Shown piece after piece: positions 50,519 to 58,477 of a DNA stretch of 64,000 bases (within the stretch, counting starts at the first letter, position 1; each line of letters begins with the position of its first letter). Source of the DNA: an uncultured Actinomycetota bacterium (lineage in GTDB: Bacteria > Actinomycetota > Actinomycetes > Mycobacteriales > CADCTP01); NCBI GenBank assembly GCA_963766325.1, contig CAVXZF010000007.1, positions 93,706 to 157,705 of the forward strand, in the 5' to 3' direction. The notes below the pieces were generated by a model that worked only from the letters and a program-made list of their open reading frames with translations, did not search any database and was not told the origin of the DNA. The position numbers and the translations under genes were made by a program.

Positions 50519-51630
50519 GGGCGCCGGGCCGCGCGCAGCCGCGGCACGCTCGAGAGGACCAGCGCGATCGCGGCCAGCCCGCCGACCGCGGACAGCACCG
50601 GCATCGGGTCGCTGGCGATCGACATGGCGACCCCGCCGAAGGCGAGCAGCGCCGACCAGAAGTAGATGAGCAGCACCGCCCGCCGGTGCGAGTGGCCGAT
50701 CTCCAGCAGCCTGTGGTGCAGGTGCATCTTGTCCGGCGCGAACGGCGACCGCCCCGCCTTGACCCGCCGGAACACCGCCATGAGCAGGTCGACCAGCGGC
50801 ACCGCGAGCACCACCAGCGGCAGCAGGAACGGCAGGTAGAGCGGGACCGCGTTGACCACCGCGCCGTCGAAGGTCTGCGGGTCGGCGCTGGTCGAGGCGG
50901 TGACCGCGGCCGCGGCCAGGGTCAGCCCGATCAGCATCGAGCCGGAGTCGCCCATGAAGACCCGGGCCGGGGAGAAGTTGTGCGGCAGGAAGCCGAGGCA
51001 GGCGCCGGCCAGCACCGCGGACAGCAGCGTCGGCGCGAAGGCGACGTCGCCGTAGCCGTCCAGGGAGAGGTGGTACGAGTACGCGAAGAACGCCAGCGCC
51101 GAGATCGCCGACACCCCCGCGGCCAGCCCGTCCAGGCCGTCGATGAAGTTGATCGCGTTGATGGTGAGCAGGCACAGCACGACGGTCAGCCCGACCGAGT
51201 CGTTGCGACCGAAAGACAGCGTGCCGATGCTGCCGAACGGCAGGTAGAGCGTCAGCAGCTGCACCCCGAGCAGGACCATCACGCCGGCGGCGAAGACCTG
51301 CCCGGCGAGCTTGGTCAGCGAGTCCAGCTCCCAGCGGTCGTCCAGCACGCCGAGCAGGCAGATGATCCCGCCGGCGATCAGCAGGGCGGTCGTCTCCGAG
51401 CCGGTGTCGTACGCCCGTCGCAGCGTCGGCATCAGGTTGGCCACCAGCAGCGCTACGGCCATGCCGGCGAAGATCGCCACCCCGCCGAGGCGCGGCGTGG
51501 GGATCGCGTGCACGTCCCGGTCGCGCGGCCGCGCCACCGCGCCCCACCGCCGCGCCGCCACCCGCACCACCGGGGTGAGCAGGAAGGTGACCGCGGCGGC
51601 GATGCAGCAGACCAGCGCGTACTCGCGCAC
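50515..51630 (-). CDS. wecA: Polyprenyl-phosphate GlcNAc-1-phosphate transferase (WecA/Rfe, MraY-like glycosyltransferase family 4)
   Basis: NAINFIDGLDGLAAG, FMGDSGSM and DKMHLHHRLLE-type motifs. This is the 3' 372 codons of track ORF 50515-52476. Confidence 0.85.
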   Translation of the reverse strand: MREYALVCCIAAAVTFLLTPVVRVAARRWGAVARPRDRDVHAIPTPRLGGVAIFAGMAVALLVANLMPTLRRAYDTGSETTALLIAGGIICLLGVLDDRWELDSLTKLAGQVFAAGVMVLLGVQLLTLYLPFGSIGTLSFGRNDSVGLTVVLCLLTINAINFIDGLDGLAAGVSAISALAFFAYSYHLSLDGYGDVAFAPTLLSAVLAGACLGFLPHNFSPARVFMGDSGSMLIGLTLAAAAVTASTSADPQTFDGAVVNAVPLYLPFLLPLVVLAVPLVDLLMAVFRRVKAGRSPFAPDKMHLHHRLLEIGHSHRRAVLLIYFWSALLAFGGVAMSIASDPMPVLSAVGGLAAIALVLSSVPRLRAARRP

Positions 51631-51638
51631 GGGAGTGC

Positions 51639-52907
51639 TTAGCTCCCGGGCGCCGGGTAGGCCGGGTGGGCCTCGACCAGCCGGCGGACCCCCTCGGCGA
51701 CCTCGCCGGCCGCGCCCGGGTCCCGGACGGCCCGGCCGATCAGCGTCGCGACCTCCTTGAGGTCGGACTCGGTCATGCCCTGGGTGGTCACCGCCGGGGT
51801 GCCGACGCGGATGCCGGAGGCGGTCATCGGGGGCTGCGGATCGTACGGGATCGCGTTCTTGTTCAGCGTGATCCGGGCGGCGTCGCAGCGGGCCTCGGCG
51901 TCCTTGCCGGTGACGCCGACCTCGCGCAGGTCGATCAGCGCGAGGTGGGTGTCGGTGCCGCCGGAGACCGGGCGCATGCCCTCCTCGGCCAGCCCCTGGG
52001 CGAGGGCCTGGGCGTTGGCGATCACCTGGCGCGCGTACGCCTGGTATTCCGGCTGGGCCGCCTCCCGCAGGGCCACCGCCTTGGCGGCGACGCCGTGCAT
52101 CAACGGGCCGCCCTGGGTGAACGGGAAGACCGCCTTGTCGATCGCCTTGGCCATCTCCTCGCGGCAGACGATCATGCCGCCGCGCGGGCCGCGCAGCACC
52201 TTGTGGGTGGTGAAGCACACCACGTCCGCGTGCGGCACCGGGGACGGGATCGCCTTGCCGGCGACCAGCCCGATGAAGTGCGCCGCGTCCACCATCAGCT
52301 TGGCGCCGACCTCGTCGGCGATCTCCCGGAACGCGGCGAAGTCGATCAGCCGCGGGTACGCCGTCGCGCCCGCGATGATCATCTTCGGCCGGTGCTCCCG
52401 GGCCAGGTCGCGCACCTGGTCGTAGTCGATCAACTCGTCGCCCTCGCGGACGCCGTACGACACCGTGTGGAACCACTTGCCGGAGAAGCTGACCTTGCTG
52501 CCGTGGGTGAGGTGGCCACCGTGCGGCAGCGACATCGCCAGCACTGTGTCGCCGGGCTGGCAGATCGCCGCGTACGCCGCCAGGTTGGCGCTCGCGCCGG
52601 AGTGCGGCTGCAGGTTGGCGTGCTCGGCGCCGAAGAGCTCCTTGGCCCGGGCGATGCCGATCTCCTCGGCGATGTCGACCTGCTGGCAGCCGCCGTAGTA
52701 GCGGCGGCCCGGGTAGCCCTCGGCGTACTTGTTGCTCAGCGTGCTGCCCAGCGCCGCGAGCACGGCCGGGGACGTGAGGTTTTCGCTGGCGATGAGCTGG
52801 AGGCCGCCGCGGAGGCGGTCCAGCTCGCCGAGCACGACGTCGGCGATCTCCGGGTCCTCGGCCTGCAGGGCGGCGAAATCCGGGCCCCAGAAGGGCGTCT
52901 CGCTCAT
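51639..52907 (-). CDS. glyA: Serine hydroxymethyltransferase
   Basis: SNKYAEGYPGRRYYGGC and the PLP site TTHKVLRGPRGG. GAGGAG lies 7 nt before ATG 52907. Confidence 0.95.
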   Translation of the reverse strand: MSETPFWGPDFAALQAEDPEIADVVLGELDRLRGGLQLIASENLTSPAVLAALGSTLSNKYAEGYPGRRYYGGCQQVDIAEEIGIARAKELFGAEHANLQPHSGASANLAAYAAICQPGDTVLAMSLPHGGHLTHGSKVSFSGKWFHTVSYGVREGDELIDYDQVRDLAREHRPKMIIAGATAYPRLIDFAAFREIADEVGAKLMVDAAHFIGLVAGKAIPSPVPHADVVCFTTHKVLRGPRGGMIVCREEMAKAIDKAVFPFTQGGPLMHGVAAKAVALREAAQPEYQAYARQVIANAQALAQGLAEEGMRPVSGGTDTHLALIDLREVGVTGKDAEARCDAARITLNKNAIPYDPQPPMTASGIRVGTPAVTTQGMTESDLKEVATLIGRAVRDPGAAGEVAEGVRRLVEAHPAYPAPGS

Positions 52908-53605
52908 CGGATGGCTCCTCGCGCGGCTCGGTGGCGGCTCCACTGTAGGGCCCGGACGACGCCGGGAACCCTATCCCGGACGGTGCGGCGGGCCGGCGCC
53001 GGTCCGGCGACCACGTCGAGCAGCAGGTCCACCCAGGTGGCGGTCTGCGCGACCATGTCGCGCTGGGCCGGGTCGTTGTCGGTCGGGTCGGCCAGGTCGT
53101 ACGCCTCGCACACGTACGGCATGCCGGGCACGTGCCGCTCCTCCCGCAGCGCGCTGGCCCGGGCGACCAGCGCGCGCAGCCGGGTGGCGGGGTCGCCCTG
53201 CGGGAGGGCCTCGTCCGGCACCCCCTCGACCAGCCGGACCAGCTCGCCCAGGGTGAAGGTGCGGTGCCGGGCGGCCAGCTGGTAGCGCCAGACCGCCCGC
53301 ACGTGCTCGGCGGTGGAGGCCAGCACCAGGTCGGCCTCGACGATGGCCCGCTGGGTCAGCCGGATGGAGACGGCAGCGGCCACCTCGCCGGCGCCGACCC
53401 CGGCCTTGCGCAGCGCCCCCGCGGTGCCCGGCTCGACCGGCCGGCCGGGCGTGGCCCAGGTGCCCGCGCTGGCCACCTCGATGTGCTCGTCCGCGGCCGG
53501 TCCGAGCCGGCGGTGCAGGCCGGCGCGCAGCAGCAGCTCGGCGGCCGGCGAGCGGCACACGTTGGCGGTGCACACGCAGAGCACGGAGGCAGGGGTCTCG
53601 CCCAT
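52904..53605 (-). CDS. Low-molecular-weight protein-tyrosine-phosphatase family protein (with C-terminal extension)
   Basis: CX5R(S) loop VLCVCTANVCRSP. ATGA overlap with the glyA start. Confidence 0.75.
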   Translation of the reverse strand: MGETPASVLCVCTANVCRSPAAELLLRAGLHRRLGPAADEHIEVASAGTWATPGRPVEPGTAGALRKAGVGAGEVAAAVSIRLTQRAIVEADLVLASTAEHVRAVWRYQLAARHRTFTLGELVRLVEGVPDEALPQGDPATRLRALVARASALREERHVPGMPYVCEAYDLADPTDNDPAQRDMVAQTATWVDLLLDVVAGPAPARRTVRDRVPGVVRALQWSRHRAARGAIR

Positions 53606-53625
53606 CGGCCCAGGTTACGTCGGGA

Positions 53626-54279
53626 TCACGCCGGGTCCGGGGCGACGAGGTCCGGGACCACCTCGCGCAGCTGGTCCAGCGACACCGCGCCGGGCCGGAG
53701 CAGGCGGGGCACCTCGCCGGTGACGTCCACGATCGTGGACGGCACCGGGTCGCCGGACGGCCCGGCGTCCAGGTAGACCGCCACCGGGTAGCCGAGCTGC
53801 TCCTGGGCGCCCTCGGCGGTCACCGGCGGCGGCTGCCCGGTCCGGTTGGCGCTGGAGACCCCCAGCGGCCCGGTCCGGGCCAGCAGCTCCAGCGCGACCG
53901 GGTGCAGCGGCATCCGCACCGCCACCGTGCCGCGGGTGTCGCCGAGGTCCCAGGCCAGCGACGGCGCGTGCTCGATCACCAGGGTCAGCCCACCCGGCCA
54001 GAACGCCTCGACCAGCTCCCGGACCGTCGGCTGCACCAGCAGGGTCAGCCCGTCCAGCCCGGTCCACGACCCGACCAGCACCGGCACCGGCATGTCCCGG
54101 CCGCGACCCTTGGTCGCCAGCAGCGAGTCGATCGCGTCCGGCTGGAACGCGTCCGCGCCGATCCCGTACACGGTGTCGGTCGGCAGCACGACCAGCTCGC
54201 CGCGGCGGATCGAGTCCGCCGCGGCCTCGAGGCCCTCGGCCCGCTCGGCCGGGTCGGCGCAGTCGTAGAACAGGCTCAT
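53626..54279 (-). CDS. tsaC: L-threonylcarbamoyladenylate synthase (TsaC/Sua5/YwlC family)
   Basis: VVLPTDTVYGIGADAF and SSANRTGQPP motifs. Confidence 0.85.
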   Translation of the reverse strand: MSLFYDCADPAERAEGLEAAADSIRRGELVVLPTDTVYGIGADAFQPDAIDSLLATKGRGRDMPVPVLVGSWTGLDGLTLLVQPTVRELVEAFWPGGLTLVIEHAPSLAWDLGDTRGTVAVRMPLHPVALELLARTGPLGVSSANRTGQPPPVTAEGAQEQLGYPVAVYLDAGPSGDPVPSTIVDVTGEVPRLLRPGAVSLDQLREVVPDLVAPDPA

Positions 54280-54433
54280 CGCCGCCGCAGCGTACGGCGG
54301 CCGCCGCCGGGCCGTGCCGCCACCCCGCCATGGCGTGCGAAGGGTGTTGTCAGGACGTTCTCAGACCTGTTCCTACGGTCCTTCTCGTGGGCCCCCGGCG
54401 CCGGCCGGGTCGGCCCCTCGCGGGGAGGTCGCG

Positions 54434-55183
54434 ATGGTGGGGAACGTACGGGTCGAGATGCTGGGGCCGCTGGTCGTACGGGCCGGCGGGGGCAGTGGGC
54501 AGGCGGTGGGGCTGCCGCGGTCGGACGTGGTGCGCGGGCTGCTCGCCGGCCTGCTGCTGAGCGGCGAGCAGCCGCTGCCGGTGCCGCGGCTGATCGAGCT
54601 GGTCTGGGCGGACTGGACCGAGCGCACCCAGCCCAGCTCGGTGCACGTCGGGATGACCCGGCTGCGCGGCTGGCTGGCCCAGGCCGGGCTGCCGATGACC
54701 GTGCTGCGGGACGGGGCCGGCTACCGGCTGCGGCACACTGCCGAGGTCGACCTGCACCGGCTGGTCGCCGTCGGGCCGGCCGGCTCCGCGGGCGAGCGCT
54801 GTGCCGCCTTGGGTGCCGCGCTGGGGGCGTACCGGGGTCCGGTGGTGGCCGACCTGGCCCGGCTGGACCGGTCGGACCCGCTGCTGCTCGCGGCCGAGCG
54901 GCTGGTCCGCCGCCGCTGCCTGGAGCTGGCCGACGCGGCCGAGGCCGCCGGCGAGCCGGACCGGGCGGTCGCGGCGCTGCAGACCTGCGTGGCGTCCGAT
55001 CCGTACGACGAGGTGGCGCAGGCGCGGCTGGTCGAGCTGCTGGCCGCCGCCGACCGGCCGGCCGCGGCGCTGCGGCACTACGAGACGGTGCGCTACCGGC
55101 TGCACCTCGACCTCGGCGTCCGGCCCAGCCCCCGCCTGCACCGCGCCGGCTCCTCCTGCCGCGCCGCCCTGTCCGCGCGTTAA
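54434..55183 (+). CDS. SARP/AfsR-type transcriptional regulator (OmpR-like winged helix + BTAD)
   Basis: VEMLGPLVV...LIELVW...VHVGMTRLRGWL...GYRL followed by helical BTAD-like repeats (ALGAYRGPVVADL...YDEVAQARLVELL...ALRHYETVRYRL). GGGGAGG lies 5 nt before ATG 54434. Confidence 0.65.
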   Translation: MVGNVRVEMLGPLVVRAGGGSGQAVGLPRSDVVRGLLAGLLLSGEQPLPVPRLIELVWADWTERTQPSSVHVGMTRLRGWLAQAGLPMTVLRDGAGYRLRHTAEVDLHRLVAVGPAGSAGERCAALGAALGAYRGPVVADLARLDRSDPLLLAAERLVRRRCLELADAAEAAGEPDRAVAALQTCVASDPYDEVAQARLVELLAAADRPAAALRHYETVRYRLHLDLGVRPSPRLHRAGSSCRAALSAR

Positions 55184-55293
55184 GGGAGTCAGGTGGGGTC
55201 AGGGCGACGTGCGCGATGGTGACCAGCGGCGGGGCGGCCACGCACCAGGCGATGGCGGCGGAACTGTCGGTGCCCCGGCGTACGGTCCCCGCC

Positions 55294-55806
55294 ATGACAC
55301 ATCCCGATCCCGAGCCGGCGCGGGACCGCCCCACCCTGCCCGACGGCTACGGCCTGCCGGAGACCGCCGACGGGCTGCTGAGCTGGTCCGACGTCGAGCC
55401 ACGGCTGGCCGCGTCGCTGCACTACTGGCTGGCTTCGGTGCGGCCGGACGGCACGCCGCACTCGGTGCCCCGCTGGGGCGTGTGGGTGGACGGCCGGTTC
55501 TACTACGACGGCGCCCCGACCACCCGGCACACCCGCAACGTGGAGCTCAACCCGGCCTGCACGCTGACCCTGGAGAGCGGCACCGAGGTGGTCATCGTCG
55601 AGGGCACGTCCTCGGCCTCCCGAGCCGACGCCGACGGGCTCGGCGTGCGGCTGGCCACGGCCTTCGAGAAATACCACCCGCAGGGCTACTCCCCCGGCGC
55701 CGACTCCTGGTCCGGACAGGACGGCGGCGGGCTGCGGGTCATCACCCCGCGCCGCGCGCTGGCGTGGTTCTCCTTCCCGACCGACTGCACCCGCTTCACC
55801 TTCTGA
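55294..55806 (+). CDS. Pyridoxamine 5'-phosphate oxidase (PPOX)-family flavin/F420-binding protein
   Basis: Split-barrel pattern HYWLASVRPDGTPHSVPRWGVWVDGRFYYDG...RNVELNPACTLTLE. The start is uncertain (ATG 55216 or 55294). Confidence 0.6.
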   Translation: MTHPDPEPARDRPTLPDGYGLPETADGLLSWSDVEPRLAASLHYWLASVRPDGTPHSVPRWGVWVDGRFYYDGAPTTRHTRNVELNPACTLTLESGTEVVIVEGTSSASRADADGLGVRLATAFEKYHPQGYSPGADSWSGQDGGGLRVITPRRALAWFSFPTDCTRFTF

Positions 55807-55836
55807 CCGCGGCGCGGCGGCGGGACAGGCACCCAG

Positions 55837-56661
55837 TCAGGCGGGCTTGCGAGCGGTGGTGAAGCGGGGGCGGCCGACGAGGTCGGGATGGTCCTCGACG
55901 TCGGACCAGCGGACGAAGACGGCGGGGACCGACTCGCCCTGTGCGTCGGCGTGCTCGACGGCGACCAGCCCGCCCGGGCGCAGCAGCCGCGTCGCGGCCC
56001 GCTCGACCGCCCGGACCACGTCTAGCCCGTCCTCGCCGCCCCACAGCGCGGCCGGCGGGTCGTGCTCGGCCACCTCGCGCTCGACGGTCGCGCCGTCGGG
56101 GATGTACGGCGGGTTCGCCGTCACCACGTCGACGGTCCCGGCCAGCGCGACCAGCAGCGAAGGGTCGGCCACGTCGCCGCGGTGCAGGGTCACCGGCAGG
56201 CCGGTCCGCTCGACGTTGCGGGCGGCCCAGGCGAGCGCGTGCTCCTCCCGCTCGACCGCGTGCACGCTCACCCCGGGCGCCTCGTCGGCGATCGCCAGCG
56301 CGACCGCGCCGGACCCGGCGCACAGGTCGACCACCAGCGCCCCGGGCGCCAGCCGGGCCAGCGCCCACTCGACCAGCGACTCGGTCTCCGGCCGCGGCAC
56401 GAAGACCCCCGGCCCGACGGCGAGGTCGAGGCGGCGGAAGCCGGTCACCCCGGTGAGGTGCTGCAGCGGCACCCGGGCGGCCCGCTGCTCGACCAGCTCG
56501 GCGAAGCGGGCGTCCGCGCCGGCCGGCAGCCGGTCCAGCAGCGCCAGCCGGGACCGCGACACGCCGAGCACGAAAGCGGCCAGCTCCTCGGCGTCGTACG
56601 CCGGGCTCGCCACCCCCGCCGCGGCCAGCACGCCGGCCGCCGCCCTGACCTCGGGGATCAC
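55837..56661 (-). CDS. prmC: Release-factor glutamine N5-methyltransferase
   Basis: VDLCAGSGAVALA SAM motif and the catalytic VVTANPPYIP (NPPY). Lies downstream of prfA. Confidence 0.8.
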   Translation of the reverse strand: MIPEVRAAAGVLAAAGVASPAYDAEELAAFVLGVSRSRLALLDRLPAGADARFAELVEQRAARVPLQHLTGVTGFRRLDLAVGPGVFVPRPETESLVEWALARLAPGALVVDLCAGSGAVALAIADEAPGVSVHAVEREEHALAWAARNVERTGLPVTLHRGDVADPSLLVALAGTVDVVTANPPYIPDGATVEREVAEHDPPAALWGGEDGLDVVRAVERAATRLLRPGGLVAVEHADAQGESVPAVFVRWSDVEDHPDLVGRPRFTTARKPA

Positions 56662-56704
56662 CCGGCGACCGGCCGGCTGTCGGCGGCCGCGCGCGCTGCG
56701 GGGG

Positions 56705-57775
56705 TCACTCCGCCGGGGTGCCGGCGAGCAGCGCGTCGGTGTCGGCCTTGGCCAGCGCGTCCAGGACGCCGTCGAGGTCGCCGTCGAGCACCCCGTCGAG
56801 GTTGTACGCCTTGTAGCCCACCCGGTGGTCGGAGATCCGGTTCTCCGGGAAGTTGTACGTGCGGACCCGCTCGCTGCGGTCGACCGTACGGACCTGGGAC
56901 CGCCGCGCGTCGGAGGCCTCCTTGTCCGCCTCCTCCTGGGCGGCGGCCAGCAGCCGGGCCCGCAGCACCCGCATCGCGGCCTCGCGGTTCTGCAGCTGGC
57001 TCTTCTCGTTCTGCATCGACACGACGGTGCCGGTCGGCACATGCGTGATGCGGACGGCCGAGTCGGTGGTGTTGACGCTCTGCCCGCCCGGCCCGGATGA
57101 CCGGTAGACGTCGATGCGCAGGTCGTTGGGGTCGATCTGGACGTCGACGTCCTCGGCCTCGGGCAGCACGAGCACGCCGGCCGCGCTGGTGTGGATGCGG
57201 CCCTGCGACTCGGTCGCGGGCACCCGCTGCACCCGGTGCACGCCGCCCTCGTACTTCAGCCGCCGCCACACCCCGGTGTCCGCTCGGCCCCGTACGGCGA
57301 CGGTGACGTCCTTGTAGCCGCCCAGGTCGCTCGGCTCGGAGTCCAGCACCTCGGTCTTCCACCCGTGCCGCTCGGCGTAGCGCAGGTACATCCGGAGCAG
57401 GTCGCCGGCGAACAGCGCCGACTCCTCGCCGCCCTCCCCCGCTTTGACCTGCAGGATCACGTCCTTGCCGTCGTTGGGGTCGCGGGGCAGCAGCAGCTCG
57501 CGCAGCTTCTCGCCCAGCGCCTCGGCCTGCTGCTCGAGCTCGGCCGCCTCGGCGGCGAACGACGCGTCCTCGCCAGCCAGCTCGCGCGCGGTGCCCAGGT
57601 CGCCGCGGACCGCCTCCAGCTGGCGGGCGGTCTCCGCGACCGCGGTGAGCTCCGCGTACCGTCGGCCCAGCCGCCGGGCCAGCGCCTGGTCGGCGTGCAC
57701 GCCGGGGTCGGCGAGCCGCCGCTCCAGCTCGGCGTGCTCGGCCAGCAGCGTCGGCAGGCTGTCCGGGGTGGTCAT
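56705..57775 (-). CDS. prfA: Peptide chain release factor 1
   Basis: [20 protein letters not shown] (GGQ) and a PAT-type tripeptide region ([14 protein letters not shown]). Confidence 0.95.
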   Translation of the reverse strand: MTTPDSLPTLLAEHAELERRLADPGVHADQALARRLGRRYAELTAVAETARQLEAVRGDLGTARELAGEDASFAAEAAELEQQAEALGEKLRELLLPRDPNDGKDVILQVKAGEGGEESALFAGDLLRMYLRYAERHGWKTEVLDSEPSDLGGYKDVTVAVRGRADTGVWRRLKYEGGVHRVQRVPATESQGRIHTSAAGVLVLPEAEDVDVQIDPNDLRIDVYRSSGPGGQSVNTTDSAVRITHVPTGTVVSMQNEKSQLQNREAAMRVLRARLLAAAQEEADKEASDARRSQVRTVDRSERVRTYNFPENRISDHRVGYKAYNLDGVLDGDLDGVLDALAKADTDALLAGTPAE

Positions 57776-57795
57776 CGTCGTCTCCCTGTACGCGA

Positions 57796-57830
57796 ACGGC
57801 GCCCACCCCCTGCGCGGGGATGGGCGCCGT
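57796..57830 (-). terminator. Hairpin between rpmE stop and prfA start (terminator/attenuator candidate)
   Basis: 15-bp stem ACGGCGCCCACCCCC / GGGGATGGGCGCCGT with one mismatch and a 5-nt loop. Confidence 0.45.
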
Positions 57831-57838
57831 CGAGGTCG

Positions 57839-58057
57839 CTAGCTGTTGCGCTGGCGCTTGCCGTAGCGCTGCTCGAAGCGGGCCACCCGGCCACCGGTGT
57901 CCAGAATCTTCTGCTTGCCGGTGTAGAAGGGGTGGCACTGGGAGCACACGTCGGCGTGGATCACGCCGTTCTTCGCGGTGCTCCGCGTCGTGAACGAGGC
58001 CCCGCAGGAGCAGGTCACCGTCGTCTCGACGTAGTCGGGGTGGATTCCGGACTTCAC
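57839..58057 (-). CDS. rpmE: 50S ribosomal protein L31 (zinc-ribbon type)
   Basis: [19 protein letters not shown]...[13 protein letters not shown]. Confidence 0.95.
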   Translation of the reverse strand: MKSGIHPDYVETTVTCSCGASFTTRSTAKNGVIHADVCSQCHPFYTGKQKILDTGGRVARFEQRYGKRQRNS

Positions 58058-58197
58058 GAATGGGTCCTCTCGTCGGTGGCCGCCGGGTCGCCTGCGCCGT
58101 TGATGAACGGGGCCGGGCGTGAACCGGAGCCGAGGTCGTGCCCAGTGTGCCAGAGCGGCGCACCGCTGCGTTCAACGGACGGCACGGTCAGGTATTC

Positions 58198-58477
58198 CGG
58201 ACCGCCGCCATCATGATCACGTCGTGCCGCCGGCCGTCCCAGAGCAGCCCCTCGCGCTTGACGCCCTCGACGACGAAGCCTCGATCGCCCAGTCGTACCG
58301 GCCGGGGGCGTCGCCCCGGCTCCGGCACCAGATGTCGGTGTCGGTCTCGGAGAAGACCCGGTGGGTGCCGGTGAGCCGGCGCAGCTCCGGGTCCTGCACC
58401 GAGCGCCAGAGGTCCGCCGAGTCGCGCTCGTCGAGGGGCCGCAGCCTCACCCGCGGCCCCCGCAACGTAGCCCGCAT
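58198..58477 (-). pseudogene. GNAT (RimJ/RimL-like) N-acetyltransferase remnant: N-terminal ~65 codons joined out of frame to the last ~32 codons, catalytic core deleted
   Basis: The frame from ATG 58477 reads MRATLRGPRVRLRPLDERDSADLW..DPELRRLTG..RYDWAIE. A different frame ending at TGA (complement of 58198-58200) reads FVVEGVKREGLLWDGRRHDVIMMAAVRNT. The total span is 280 nt, which is not a multiple of 3. Confidence 0.5.

Noticed and set aside
50494-50529. 18-bp direct duplication (cgctcacgggcggcgggc / cgctcacgggcgccgggc) at the wecA-atpI junction
   Set aside because: It is real but small. It merely creates two equivalent GTG start candidates for atpI (50518 and 50500), and no further structure is evident.
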